The notes under the pieces were generated by a model that was not told the DNA's origin, made no database searches, and was given only the letters and a program-made list of their open reading frames with translations. Shown here piece after piece: positions 21,931-33,900 of a DNA stretch of 64,000 bases. A program made the translations under genes and the position numbers. Each line of letters opens with the position of its first letter. Position 1 is the first letter of the stretch. This DNA is from Eledone cirrhosa (taxonomy: Eukaryota): positions 307,334,001 through 307,398,000 of the forward strand of contig OZ024740.1 in the NCBI GenBank assembly GCA_964016885.1, in the 5' to 3' direction.

Positions 21931-24900
21931 GTGTAGTGGAGGTAATGGTTGTAGTAGTGGCTGAAGGTGGGGGTTGTGGAGTGTTGGTGGTGTAGTGGAG
22001 GTAATGGTTGTAGCAGTGGCTGAAGGTGGGGGTTGTGGAGTGTTGGTGGTGTAGTGGAGGTAATGGTTGTAGCAGTGGCTGAAGGTGGGGGTTGTGGAGT
22101 GTTGGTGGTGTAGTGGAGGTAATGGTTGTAGCAGTGGCTGAAGGTGGGGGTTGTGGAGTGTTGGTGGTGTAGTGGAGGTAATGGTTGTAGCAGTGGCTGA
22201 AGGTGGGGGTTGTGGAGTGTTTGTGGTGTAGTGGAGGTAATGGCTGTAGCAGTGGCTGAAGGTGGGGGTTGTGGAGTGTTGGTGGTGGTGTAGTGGAGGT
22301 AATGGTTGTAGTAGTGGCTGAAGGTGGGGGTTGTGGAGTGTTGGTGGTGTAGTGGAGGTAATGGTTGTAGCAGTGGCTGAAGGTGGGGGTTGTGGAGTGT
22401 TGGTGGTGTAGTGGAGGTAATGGTTGTAGCAGTGGCTGAAGGTGGGGGTTGTGGAGTGTTTGTGGTGTAGTGGAGGTAATGTTTGTAGCAGTGGCTGAAG
22501 GTGGGGGTTGTGGAGTGTTGGTGGTGTAGTGGAGGTAATGGTTGTAGCAGTGGCTGAAGGTGGGGGTTGTGGAGTGTTGGTGGTGTAGTGGAGGTAATGG
22601 TTGTAGCAGTGGCTGAAGGTGGGGGTTGTGGAGTGTTGGTGGTGTAGTGGAGGTAATGGTTGTAGCAGTGGCTGAAGGTGGGGGTTGTGGAGTGTTGGTG
22701 GTGTAGTGGAGGTAATGGCTGTAGCAGTGGCTGAAGGTGGGGGTTGTGGAGTGTTTGTGGTGTAGTGGAGGTAATGGTTGTAGCAGTGGCTGAAGGTGGG
22801 GGTTGTGGAGTGTTGGTGGTGTAGTGGAGGTAATGGTTGTAGCAGTGGCTGAAGGTGGGGGTTGTGGAGTGTTGGTGGTGTAGTGGAGGTAATGGCTGTA
22901 GCAGTGGCTGAAGGTGGGGGTTGTGGAGTGTTGGTGGTGGTGTAGTGGAGGTAATGGCTGTAGCAGTGGCTGAAGGTGGGGGTTGTGGAGTGTTGGTGGT
23001 GTAGTGGAGGTAATGGCTGTAGCAGTGGCTGAAGGTGGGGGTTGTGGAGTGTTGGTGGTGTAGTGGAGGTAATGGTTGTAGTAGTAGATGAAGGTGGGGG
23101 TTGTGGAGTGTTGGTGGTGTAGTGGAGGTAATGGCTGTAGCAGTGGCTGAAGGTGGGGGTTGTGGAGTGTTGGTGGTGTAGTGGAGGTAATGGTTGTAGC
23201 AGTGGCTGAAGGTGGGGGTTGTGGAGTGTTGGTGGTGTAGTGGAGGTAATGGCTGTAGCAGTGGCTGAAGGTGGGGGTTGTGGAGTGTTGGTGGTGTAGT
23301 GGAGGTAATGGTTGTAGCAGTGGCTGAAGGTGGGGGTTGTGGAGTGTTGGTGGTGTAGTGGAGGTAATGGCTGTAGCAGTGGCTGAAGGTGGGGGTTGTG
23401 GAGTGTTGGTGGTGTAGTGGAGGTAATGGTTGTAGCAGTGGCTGAAGGTGGGGGTTGTGGAGTGTTGGTGGTGTAGTGGAGGTAATGGCTGTAGCAGTGG
23501 CTGAAGGTGGGGGTTGTGGTGTGTTGGTGGTGTAGTGGAGGTAATGGCTGTAGCAGTGGCTGAAGGTGGGGGTTGTGGAGTGTTGGTGGTGGTGTAGTGG
23601 AGGTAATGGCTGTAGCAGTGGCTGAAGGTGGGGGTTGTGGAGTGTTGGTGGTGTAGTGGAGGTAATGGCTGTAGCAGTGGCTGAAGGTGGGGGTTGTGGA
23701 GTGTTGGTGGTGTAGTGGAGGTAATGGTTGTAGTAGTAGATGAAGGTGGGGGTTGTGGAGTGTTGGTGGTGTAGTGGAGGTAATGGCTGTAGCAGTGGCT
23801 GAAGGTGGGGGTTGTGGAGTGTTGGTGGTGTAGTGGAGGTAATGGTTGTAGCAGTGGCTGAAGGTGGGGGTTGTGGAGTGTTGGTGGTGTAGTGGAGGTA
23901 ATGGCTGTAGCAGTGGCTGAAGGTGGGGGTTGTGGAGTGTTGGTGGTGTAGTGGAGGTAATGGTTGTAGCAGTGGCTGAAGGTGGGGGTTGTGGAGTGTT
24001 GGTGGTGTAGTGGAGGTAATGGCTGTAGCAGTGGCTGAAGGTGGGGGTTGTGGAGTGTTGGTGGTGTAGTGGAGGTAATGGTTGTAGCAGTGGCTGAAGG
24101 TGGGGGTTGTGGAGTGTTGGTGGTGTAGTGGAGGTAATGGCTGTAGCAGTGGCTGAAGGTGGGGGTTGTGGAGTGTTGGTGGTGTAGTGGAGGTAATGGC
24201 TGTAGCAGTGGCTGAAGGTGGGGGTTGTGGAGTGTTGGTGGTGTAGTGTAGGTAATGGCTGTAGCAGTGGCTGAAGGTGGGGGTTGTGGAGTGTTGGTGG
24301 TGTAGTGGAGGTAATGGTTGTAGCAGTGGCTGAAGGTGGGGGTTGTGGAGTGTTGGTGGTGTAGTGGAGGTAATGGTTGTAGCAGTGGCTGAAGGTGGGG
24401 GTTGTGGAGTGTTGGTGGTGTAGTGGAGGTAATGGTTGTAGCAGTGGCTGAAGGTGGGGGTTGTGGAGTGTTGGTGGTGTAGTGGAGGTAATGGTTGTAG
24501 CAGTGGCTGAAGGTGGGGGTTGTGGAGTGTTGGTGGTGTAGTGGAGGTAATGGTTGTAGCAGTGGCTGAAGGTGGGGGTTGTGGAGTGTTGGTGGTGTAG
24601 TGGAGGTAATGGTTGTAGCAGTGGCTGAAGGTGGGGGTTGTGGAGTGTTGGTGGTGTAGTGGAGGTAATGGCTGTAGCAGTGGCTGAAGGTGGGGGTTGT
24701 GGAGTGTTGGTGGTGTAGTGGAGGTAATGGCTGTAGCAGTGGCTGAAGGTGGGGGTTGTGGAGTGTTGGTGGTGTAGTGGAGGTAATGGTTGTAGCAGTG
24801 GCTGAAGGTGGGGGTTGTGGAGTGTTGGTGGTGTAGTGGAGGTAATGGTTGTAGCAGTGGCTGAAGGTGGGGGTTGTGGAGTGTTGGTGGTGTAGTGGAG

Positions 24901-27900
24901 GTAATGGTTGTAGCAGTGGCTGAAGGTGGGGGTTGTGGAGTGTTGGTGGTGTAGTGTAGGTAATGGTTGTAGCAGTGGCTGAAGGTGGGGGTTGTGGAGT
25001 GTTGGTGGTGTAGTGGAGGTAATGGTTGTAGCAGTGGCTGAAGGTGGGGGGTTGTGGAGTGTTGGTGGTGTAGTGTAGGTAATGGTTGTAGTAGTAGATG
25101 AAGGTGGGGGTTGTGGAGTGTTGGTGGTGTAGTGGAGGTAATGGTTGTAGCAGTGGCTGAAGGTGGGGGTTGTGGAGTGTTGGTGGTGTAGTGGAGGTAA
25201 TGGTTGTAGTAGTAGATGAAGGTGGGGGTTGTGGAGTGTTGGTGGTGTAGTGGAGGTAATGGTTGTAGTAGTAGATGAAGGTGGGGGTTGTGGAGTGTTG
25301 GTGGTGTAGTGGAGGTAATGGTTGTAGCAGTGGCTGAAGGTGGGGGTTGTGGAGTGTTGGTGGTGTAGTGGAGGTAATGGCTGTAGCAGTGGCTGAAGGT
25401 GGGGGTTGTGGAGTGTTGGTGGTGTAGTGGAGGTAATGTTTGTAGTAGTAGATGAAGGTGGGGGGTTCTGGAGTGTTGGTGGTGTAGTGGAGGTAATGGC
25501 TGTAGCAGTGGCTGAAGGTGGGGTTTGTGGTGTGTTTGTGGTGTAGTGGAGGTAATGGTTGTAGCAGTGGCTGAAGGTGGGGGTTGTGGAGTGTTGGTGG
25601 TGTAGTGTAGGTAATGGCTGTAGCAGTGGCTGAAGGTGGGGGTTGTGGAGTGTTGGTGGTGTAGTGGAGGTAATGGCTGTAGCAGTGGCTGAAGGTGGGG
25701 GTTGTGGAGTGTTGGTGGTGTAGTGTAGGTAATGGCTGTAGCAGTGGCTGAAGGTGGGGGTTGTGGAGTGTTGGTGGTGTAGTGTAGGTAATGGCTGTAG
25801 CAGTGGCTGAAGGTGGGGGTTGTGGAGTGTTGGTGGTGTAGTGGAGGTAATGGCTGTAGCAGTGGCTGAAGGTGGGGGTTGTGGAGTGTTGGTGGTGTAG
25901 TGGAGGTAATGGTTGTAGCAGTTGCTGAAGGTGGGGGTTGTGGAGTGTTGGTGGTGTAGTGGAGGTAATGGTTGTAGCAGTGGCTGAAGGTGGGGGTTGT
26001 GGAGTGTTGGTGGTGTAGTGGAGGTAATGGCTGTAGCAGTGGCTGAAGGTGGGGGTTGTGGAGTGTTGGTGGTGTAGTGGAGGTAATGGCTGTAGCAGTG
26101 GCTGAAGGTGGGGGTTGTGGAGTGTTGGTGGTGTAGTGGAGGTAATGGTTGTAGCAGTTGCTGAAGGTGGGGGTTGTGGAGTGTTGGTGGTGTAGTGGAG
26201 GTAATGGTTGTAGCAGTGGCTGAAGGTGGGGGTTGTGGAGTGTTGGTGGTGTAGTGGAGGTAATGGCTGTAGCAGTGGCTGAAGGTGGGGGTTGTGGAGT
26301 GTTGGTGGTGTAGTGGAGGTAATGGTTGTAGCAGTTGCTGAAGGTGGGGGTTGTGGAGTGTTGGTGGTGTAGTGGAGGTAATGGTTGTAGCAGTGGCTGA
26401 AGGTGGGGGTTGTGGAGTGTTGGTGGTGTAGTGTAGGTAATGGTTGTAGCAGTGGCTGAAGGTGGGGGTTGTGGAGTGTTGGTGGTGTAGTGGAGGTAAT
26501 GGTTGTAGCAGTGGCTGAAGGTGGGGGTTGTGGAGTGTTGGTGGTGTAGTGTAGGTAATGGTTGTAGCAGTTGCTGAAGGTGGGGGTTGTGGAGTGTTGG
26601 TGGTGTAGTGGAGGTAATGGTTGTAGCAGTGGCTGAAGGTGGGGGTTGTGGAGTGTTGGTGGTGTAGTGTAGGTAATGGCTGTAGCAGTGGCTGAAGGTG
26701 GGGGTTGTGGAGTGTTGGTGGTGTAGTGTAGGTAATGGCTGTAGCAGTGGCTGAAGGTGGGGGTTGTGGAGTGTTGGTGGTGTAGTGGGGGTAATGGCTG
26801 TAGCAGTGGCTGAAGGTGGGGGTTGTGGAGTGTTTGTGGTGTAGTGGAGGTAATGTTTGTAGTAGTAGATGAAGGTGGGGGTTGTGGAGTGTTGGTGGTG
26901 TAGTGGAGGTAATGGTTGTAGCAGTGGCTGAAGGTGGGGGTTGTGGAGTGTTTGTGGTGTAGTGGAGGTAATGGCTGTAGCAGTGGCTGAAGGTGGGGGT
27001 TGTGGAGTGTTGGTGGTGGTGTAGTGGAGGTAATGTTTGTAGCAGTGGCTGAAGGTGGGGGTTGTGGAGTGTTTGTGGTGTAGTGGAGGTAATGGTTGTA
27101 GCAGTGGCTGAAGGTGGGGGTTGTGGAGTGTTGGTGGTGTAGTGTAGGTAATGGCTGTAGCAGTGGCTGAAGGTGGGGGTTGTGGAGTGTTGGTGGTGTA
27201 GTGGAGGTAATGGCTGTAGCAGTGGCTGAAGGTGGGGGTTGTGGAGTGTTGGTGGTGTAGTGGAGGTAATGGTTGTAGCAGTGGCTGAAGGTGGGGGTTG
27301 TGGAGTGTTGGTGGTGTAGTGGAGGTAATGGTTGTAGCAGTGGCTGAAGGTGGGGGTTGTGGAGTGTTTGTGGTGTAGTGGAGGTAATGTTTGTAGTAGT
27401 AGATGAAGGTGGGGGCTGTGGAGTGTTTGTGGTGTAGTGGAGGTAATGTTTGTAGCAGTGGCTGAAGGTGGGGGTTGTGGAGTGTTTGTGGTGTAGTGGA
27501 GGTAATGGCTGTAGCAGTGGCTGAAGGTGGGGGGTTGTGGAGTGTTGGTGGTGTAGTGGAGGTAATGGCTGTAGCAGTGGCTGAAGGTGGGGGGTTGTGG
27601 AGTGTTTGTGGTGTAGTGGAGGTAATGGTTGTAGCAGTGGCTGAAGGTGGGGGGTTGTGGAGTGTTGGTGGTGTAGTGGAGGTAATGGCTGTAGCAGTGG
27701 CTGAAGGTGGGGGTTGTGGAGTGTTGGTGGTGGTGTAGTGGAGGTAATGTTTGTAGTAGTAGATGAAGGTGGGGGTTGTGGAGTGTTGGTGGTGTAGTGG
27801 AGGTAATGGCTGTAGCAGTGGCTGAAGGTGGGGGTTTGTGGTGTGTTTGTAGTGTAGTGGAGGTAATGGTTGTAGCAGTGGCTGAAGGTGGGGGTTGTGG

Positions 27901-30900
27901 AGTGTTGGTGGTGTAGTGGAGGTAATGGTTGTAGCAGTGGCTGAAGGTGGGGGTTGTGGAGTGTTGGTGGTGTAGTGGAGGTAATGGTTGTAGCAGTGGC
28001 TGAAGGTGGGGGTTGTGGAGTGTTTGTAGTGTAGTGGAGGTAATGGTTGTAGCAGTGGCTGAAGGTGGGGGTTGTGGAGTGTTGGTGGTGTAGTGGAGGT
28101 AATGGTTGTAGCAGTGGCTGAAGGTGGGGGTTGTGGAGTGTTGGTGGTGTAGTGGAGGTAATGGCTGTAGCAGTGGCTGAAGGTGGGGGTTGTGGAGTGT
28201 TGGTGGTGTAGTGGAGGTAATGGCTGTAGCAGTGGCTGAAGGTGGGGGTTGTGGAGTGTTGGTGGTGTAGTGGAGGTAATGGCTGTAGCAGTGGCTGAAG
28301 GTGGGGGTTGTGGAGTGTTGGTGGTGTAGTGGAGGTAATGGCTGTAGCAGTGGCTGAAGGTGGGGGTTGTGGAGTGTTGGTGGTGTAGTGGAGGTAATGG
28401 CTGTAGCAGTGGCTGAAGGTGGGGGTTGTGGAGTGTTGGTGGTGTAGTGGAGGTAATGGCTGTAGCAGTGGCTGAAGGTGGGGGTTGTGGAGTGTTGGTG
28501 GTGTAGTGGAGGTAATGTTTGTAGCAGTGGCTGAAGGTGGGGGTTGTGGAGTGTTGGTGGTGTAGTGGAGGTAATGTTTGTAGCAGTGGCTGAAGGTGGG
28601 GGTTGTGGAGTGTTGGTGGTGTAGTGGAGGTAATGTTTGTAGCAGTGGCTGAAGGTGGGGGTTGTGGAGTGTTGGTGGTGTAGTGGAGGTAATGTTTGTA
28701 GCAGTGGCTGAAGGTGGGGGTTGTGGAGTGTTGGTGGTGTAGTGGAGGTAATGTTTGTAGCAGTGGCTGAAGGTGGGGGTTGTGGAGTGTTGGTGGTGTA
28801 GTGGAGGTAATGGTTGTAGTAGTGGCTGAAGGTGGGGGTTGTGGAGTGTTGGTGGTGTAGTGGAGGTAATGGCTGTAGCAGTGGCTGAAGGTGGGGGTTG
28901 TGGAGTGTTGGTGGTGTAGTGGAGGTAATGGCTGTAGCAGTGGCTGAAGGTGGGGGTTGTGGAGTGTTGGTGGTGTAGTGGAGGTAATGGCTGTAGCAGT
29001 GGCTGAAGGTGGGGGTTGTGGAGTGTTGGTGGTGTAGTGGAGGTAATGGCTGTAGCAGTGGCTGAAGGTGGGGGGTTGTGGAGTGTTGGTGGTGTAGTGG
29101 AGGTAATGGCTGTAGCAGTGGCTGAAGGTGGGGGTTGTGGAGTGTTGGTGGTGTAGTGGAGGTAATGGTTGTAGCAGTGGCTGAAGGTGGGGGTTGTGGA
29201 GTGTTGGTGGTGGTGTAGTGGAGGTAATGGCTGTAGCAGTGGCTGAAGGTGGGGGTTGTGGAGTGTTTGTGGTGTAGTGGAGGTAATGGCTGTAGTAGTG
29301 GCTGAAGGTGGGGGTTGTGGAGTGTTGGTGGTGTAGTGGAGGTAATGGTTGTAGCAGTGGCTGAAGGTGGGGGTTGTGGAGTGTTGGTGGTGTAGTGGAG
29401 GTAATGGTTGTAGCAGTGGCTGAAGGTGGGGGTTGTGGAGTGTTGGTGGTGTAGTGGAGGTAATGGCTGTAGCAGTGGCTGAAGGTGGGGGTTGTGGAGT
29501 GTTGGTGGTGTAGTGGAGGTAATGGTTGTAGCAGTGGCTGAAGGTGGGGGTTGTGGAGTGTTGGTGGTGTAGTGGAGGTAATGGTTGTAGCAGTGGCTGA
29601 AGGTGGGGGTTGTGGAGTGTTGGTGGTGTAGTGGAGGTAATGGTTGTAGTAGTAGATGAAGGTGGGGGCTGTGGAGTGTTGGTGGTGGTGTAGTGGAGGT
29701 AATGGTTGTAGTAGTAGATGAAGGTGGGGGTTGTGGAGTGTTGGTGGTGTAGTGGAGGTAATGGTTGTAGCAGTGGCTGAAGGTGGGGGTTGTGGAGTGT
29801 TGGTGGTGTAGTGGAGGTAATGGCTGTAGCAGTGGCTGAAGGTGGGGGTTGTGGAGTGTTGGTGGTGTAGTGGAGGTAATGGTTGTAGCAGTGGCTGAAG
29901 GTGGGGGTTGTGGAGTGTTGGTGGTGTAGTGGAGGTAATGGCTGTAGCAGTGGCTGAAGGTGGGGGTTGTGGAGTGTTGGTGGTGGTGTAGTGGAGGTAA
30001 TGGTTGTAGTAGTAGATGAAGGTGGGGGTTGTGGAGTGTTGGTGGTGTAGTGGAGGTAATGGTTGTAGTAGTGGCTGAAGGTGGGGGTTGTGGAGTGTTG
30101 GTGGTGTAGTGGAGGTAATGGCTGTAGCAGTGGCTGAAGGTGGGGGTTGTGGAGTGTTGGTGGTGGTGTAGTGGAGGTAATGGTTGTAGTAGTAGATGAA
30201 GGTGGGGGTTGTGGAGTGTTGGTGGTGTAGTGGAGGTAATGGTTGTAGCAGTGGCTGAAGGTGGGGGTTGTGGAGTGTTGGTGGTGTAGTGGAGGTAATG
30301 GCTGTAGCAGTGGCTGAAGGTGGGGGTTGTGGAGTGTTGGTGGTGGTGTAGTGGAGGTAATGGTTGTAGTAGTAGATGAAGGTGGGGGTTGTGGAGTGTT
30401 GGTGGTGTAGTGGAGGTAATGGTTGTAGCAGTGGCTGAAGGTGGGGGTTGTGGAGTGTTGGTGGTGTAGTGGAGGTAATGGCTGTAGCAGTGGCTGAAGG
30501 TGGGGGTTGTGGAGTGTTGGTGGTGGTGTAGTGGAGGTAATGGTTGTAGTAGTAGATGAAGGTGGGGGTTGTGGAGTGTTGGTGGTGTAGTGGAGGTAAT
30601 GGTTGTAGCAGTGGCTGAAGGTGGGGGTTGTGGAGTGTTGGTGGTGTAGTGGAGGTAATGGCTGTAGCAGTGGCTGAAGGTGGGGGTTGTGGAGTGTTGG
30701 TGGTGTAGTGGAGGTAATGGTTGTAGCAGTGGCTGAAGGTGGGGGTTGTGGAGTGTTGGTGGTGTAGTGGAGGTAATGGCTGTAGCAGTGGCTGAAGGTG
30801 GGGGTTGTGGAGTGTTGGTGGTGTAGTGGAGGTAATGGTTGTAGCAGTGGCTGAAGGTGGGGGTTGTGGAGTGTTGGTGGTGTAGTGGAGGTAATGGTTG

Positions 30901-33900
30901 TAGTAGTAGATGAAGGTGGGGGTTGTGGAGTGTTGGTGGTGTAGTGGAGGTAATGGTTGTAGCAGTGGCTGAAGGTGGGGGTTGTGGAGTGTTGGTGGTG
31001 TAGTGGAGGTAATGGCTGTAGCAGTGGCTGAAGGTGGGGGTTGTGGAGTGTTGGTGGTGTAGTGGAGGTAATGGTTGTAGTAGTAGATGAAGGTGGGGGT
31101 TGTGGAGTGTTGGTGGTGTAGTGGAGGTAATGGTTGTAGCAGTGGCTGAAGGTGGGGGTTGTGGAGTGTTGGTGGTGTAGTGGAGGTAATGGTTGTAGCA
31201 GTGGCTGAAGGTGGGGGTTGTGGAGTGTTGGTGGTGTAGTGGAGGTAATGGTTGTAGTAGTAGATGAAGGTGGGGGTTGTGGAGTGTTGGTGGTGTAGTG
31301 GAGGTAATGGTTGTAGCAGTGGCTGAAGGTGGGGGTTGTGGAGTGTTGGTGGTGTAGTGGAGGTAATGGCTGTAGCAGTGGCTGAAGGTGGGGGTTGTGG
31401 AGTGTTGGTGGTGTAGTGGAGGTAATGGTTGTAGCAGTGGCTGAAGGTGGGGGTTGTGGAGTGTTGGTGGTGTAGTGGAGGTAATGGTTGTAGCAGTGGC
31501 TCAAGGTGGGGGTTGTGGAGTGTTGGTGGTGTAGTGGAGGTAATGGCTGTAGCAGTGGCTGAAGGTGGGGGTTGTGGAGTGTTGGTGGTGTAGTGGAGAA
31601 GGTGGGGGTTGTGGAGTGTTGGTGGTGTAGTGGAGGTAATGGCTGTAGCAGTGGCTGAAGGTGGGGGTTGTGGAGTGTTGGTGGTGTAGTGGAGGTAATG
31701 GCTGTAGCAGTGGCTGAAGGTGGGGGTTGTGGAGTGTTGGTGGTGTAGTGGAGGTAATGGTTGTAGCAGTGGCTGAAGGTGGGGGTTGTGGAGTGTTGGT
31801 GGTGTAGTGGAGGTAATGGCTGTAGCAGTGGCTGAAGGTGGGGGTTGTGGAGTGTTGGTGGTGTAGTGGAGGTAATGGTTGTAGCAGTGGCTGAAGGTGG
31901 GGGTTGTGGAGTGTTGGTGGTGTAGTGGAGGTAATGGTTGTAGCAGTGGCTGAAGGTGGGGGTTGTGGAGTGTTGGTGGTGTAGTGGAGGTAATGGCTGT
32001 AGCAGTGGCTGAAGGTGGGGGTTGTGGAGTGTTGGTGGTGTAGTGGAGGTAATGGCTGTAGCAGTGGCTGAAGGTGGGGGTTGTGGAGTGTTGGTGGTGT
32101 AGTGGAGGTAATGGCTGTAGCAGTGGCTGAAGGTGGGGGTTGTGGAGTGTTGGTGGTGTAGTGGAGGTAATGGTTGTAGCAGTGGCTGAAGGTGGGGGTT
32201 GTGGAGTGTTGGTGGTGTAGTGGAGGTAATGGCTGTAGCAGTGGCTGAAGGTGGGGGTTGTGGAGTGTTGGTGGTGTAGTGGAGGTAATGGCTGTAGCAG
32301 TGGCTGAAGGTGGGGGTTGTGGAGTGTTGGTGGTGTAGTGGAGGTAATGGCTGTAGCAGTGGCTGAAGGTGGGGGTTGTGGAGTGTTGGTGGTGGTGTAG
32401 TGGAGGTAATGTTTGTAGTAGTAGATGAAGGTGGGGGTTGTGGAGTGTTTGTGGTGTAGTGGAGGTAATGTTTGTAGTAGTAGATGAAGGTGGGGGTTGT
32501 GGAGTGTTGGTGGTGTAGTGGAGGTAATGGTTGTAGCAGTGGCTGAAGGTGGGGGTTGTGGAGTGTTGGTGGTGTAGTGGAGGTAATGGTTGTAGCAGTG
32601 GCTGAAGGTGGGGGTTGTGGAGTGTTGGTGGTGTAGTGGAGGTAATGGCTGTAGCAGTGGCTGAAGGTGGGGGTTGTGGAGTGTTGGTGGTGTAGTGGAG
32701 GTAATGGTTGTAGCAGTGGCTGAAGGTGGGGGTTGTGGAGTGTTGGTGGTGTAGTGGAGGTAATGGTTGTAGCAGTGGCTGAAGGTGGGGGTTGTGGAGT
32801 GTTGGTGGTGTAGTGGAGGTAATGGCTGTAGCAGTGGCTGAAGGTGGGGGTTGTGGAGTGTTGGTGGTGGTGTAGTGGAGGTAATGGTTGTAGTAGTAGA
32901 TGAAGGTGGGGGTTGTGGAGTGTTGGTGGTGTAGTGGAGGTAATGGCTGTAGCAGTGGCTGAAGGTGGGGGTTGTGGAGTGTTGGTGGTGGTGTAGTGGA
33001 GGTAATGGTTGTAGTAGTAGATGAAGGTGGGGGTTGTGGAGTGTTGGTGGTGTAGTGGAGGTAATGGTTGTAGCAGTGGCTGAAGGTGGGGGTTGTGGAG
33101 TGTTGGTGGTGTAGTGGAGGTAATGGTTGTAGCAGTGGCTGAAGGTGGGGGTTGTGGAGTGTTGGTGGTGTAGTGGAGGTAATGGTTGTAGCAGTGGCTG
33201 AAGGTGGGGGTTGTGGAGTGTTGGTGGTGTAGTGGAGGTAATGGTTGTAGCAGTGGCTGAAGGTGGGGGTTGTGGAGTGTTGGTGGTGTAGTGGAGGTAA
33301 TGGCTGTAGCAGTGGCTGAAGGTGGGGGTTGTGGAGTGTTGGTGGTGGTGTAGTGGAGGTAATGGTTGTAGCAGTGGCTGAAGGTGGGGGGTTGTGGAGT
33401 GTTGGTGGTGGTGTAGTGGAGGTAATGGCTGTAGCAGTGGCTGAAGGTGGGGGTTGTGGGGTGTTGGTGGTGTAGTGGAGGTAATGGTTGTAGCAGTGGC
33501 TGAAGGTGGGGGTTGTGGAGTGTTGGTGGTGTAGTGGAGGTAATGGTTGTAGTAGTAGATGAAGGTGGGGGCTGTGGAGTGTTGGTGGTGGTGTAGTGGA
33601 GGTAATGTTTGTAGTAGTAGATGAAGGTGGGGGTTGTGGAGTGTTGGTGGTGTAGTGGAGGTAATGGTTGTAGCAGTGGCTGAAGGTGGGGGCTGTGGAG
33701 TGTTTGTGGTGTAGTGGAGGTAATGGCTGTAGCAGTGGCTGAAGGTGGGGGTTGTGGAGTGTTGGTGGTGTAGTGGAGGTAATGGTTGTAGCAGTGGCTG
33801 AAGGTGGGGGTTGTGGAGTGTTGGTGGTGTAGTGGAGGTAATGGCTGTAGCAGTGGCTGAAGGTGGGGGTTGTGGAGTGTTGGTGGTGTAGTGGAGGTAA

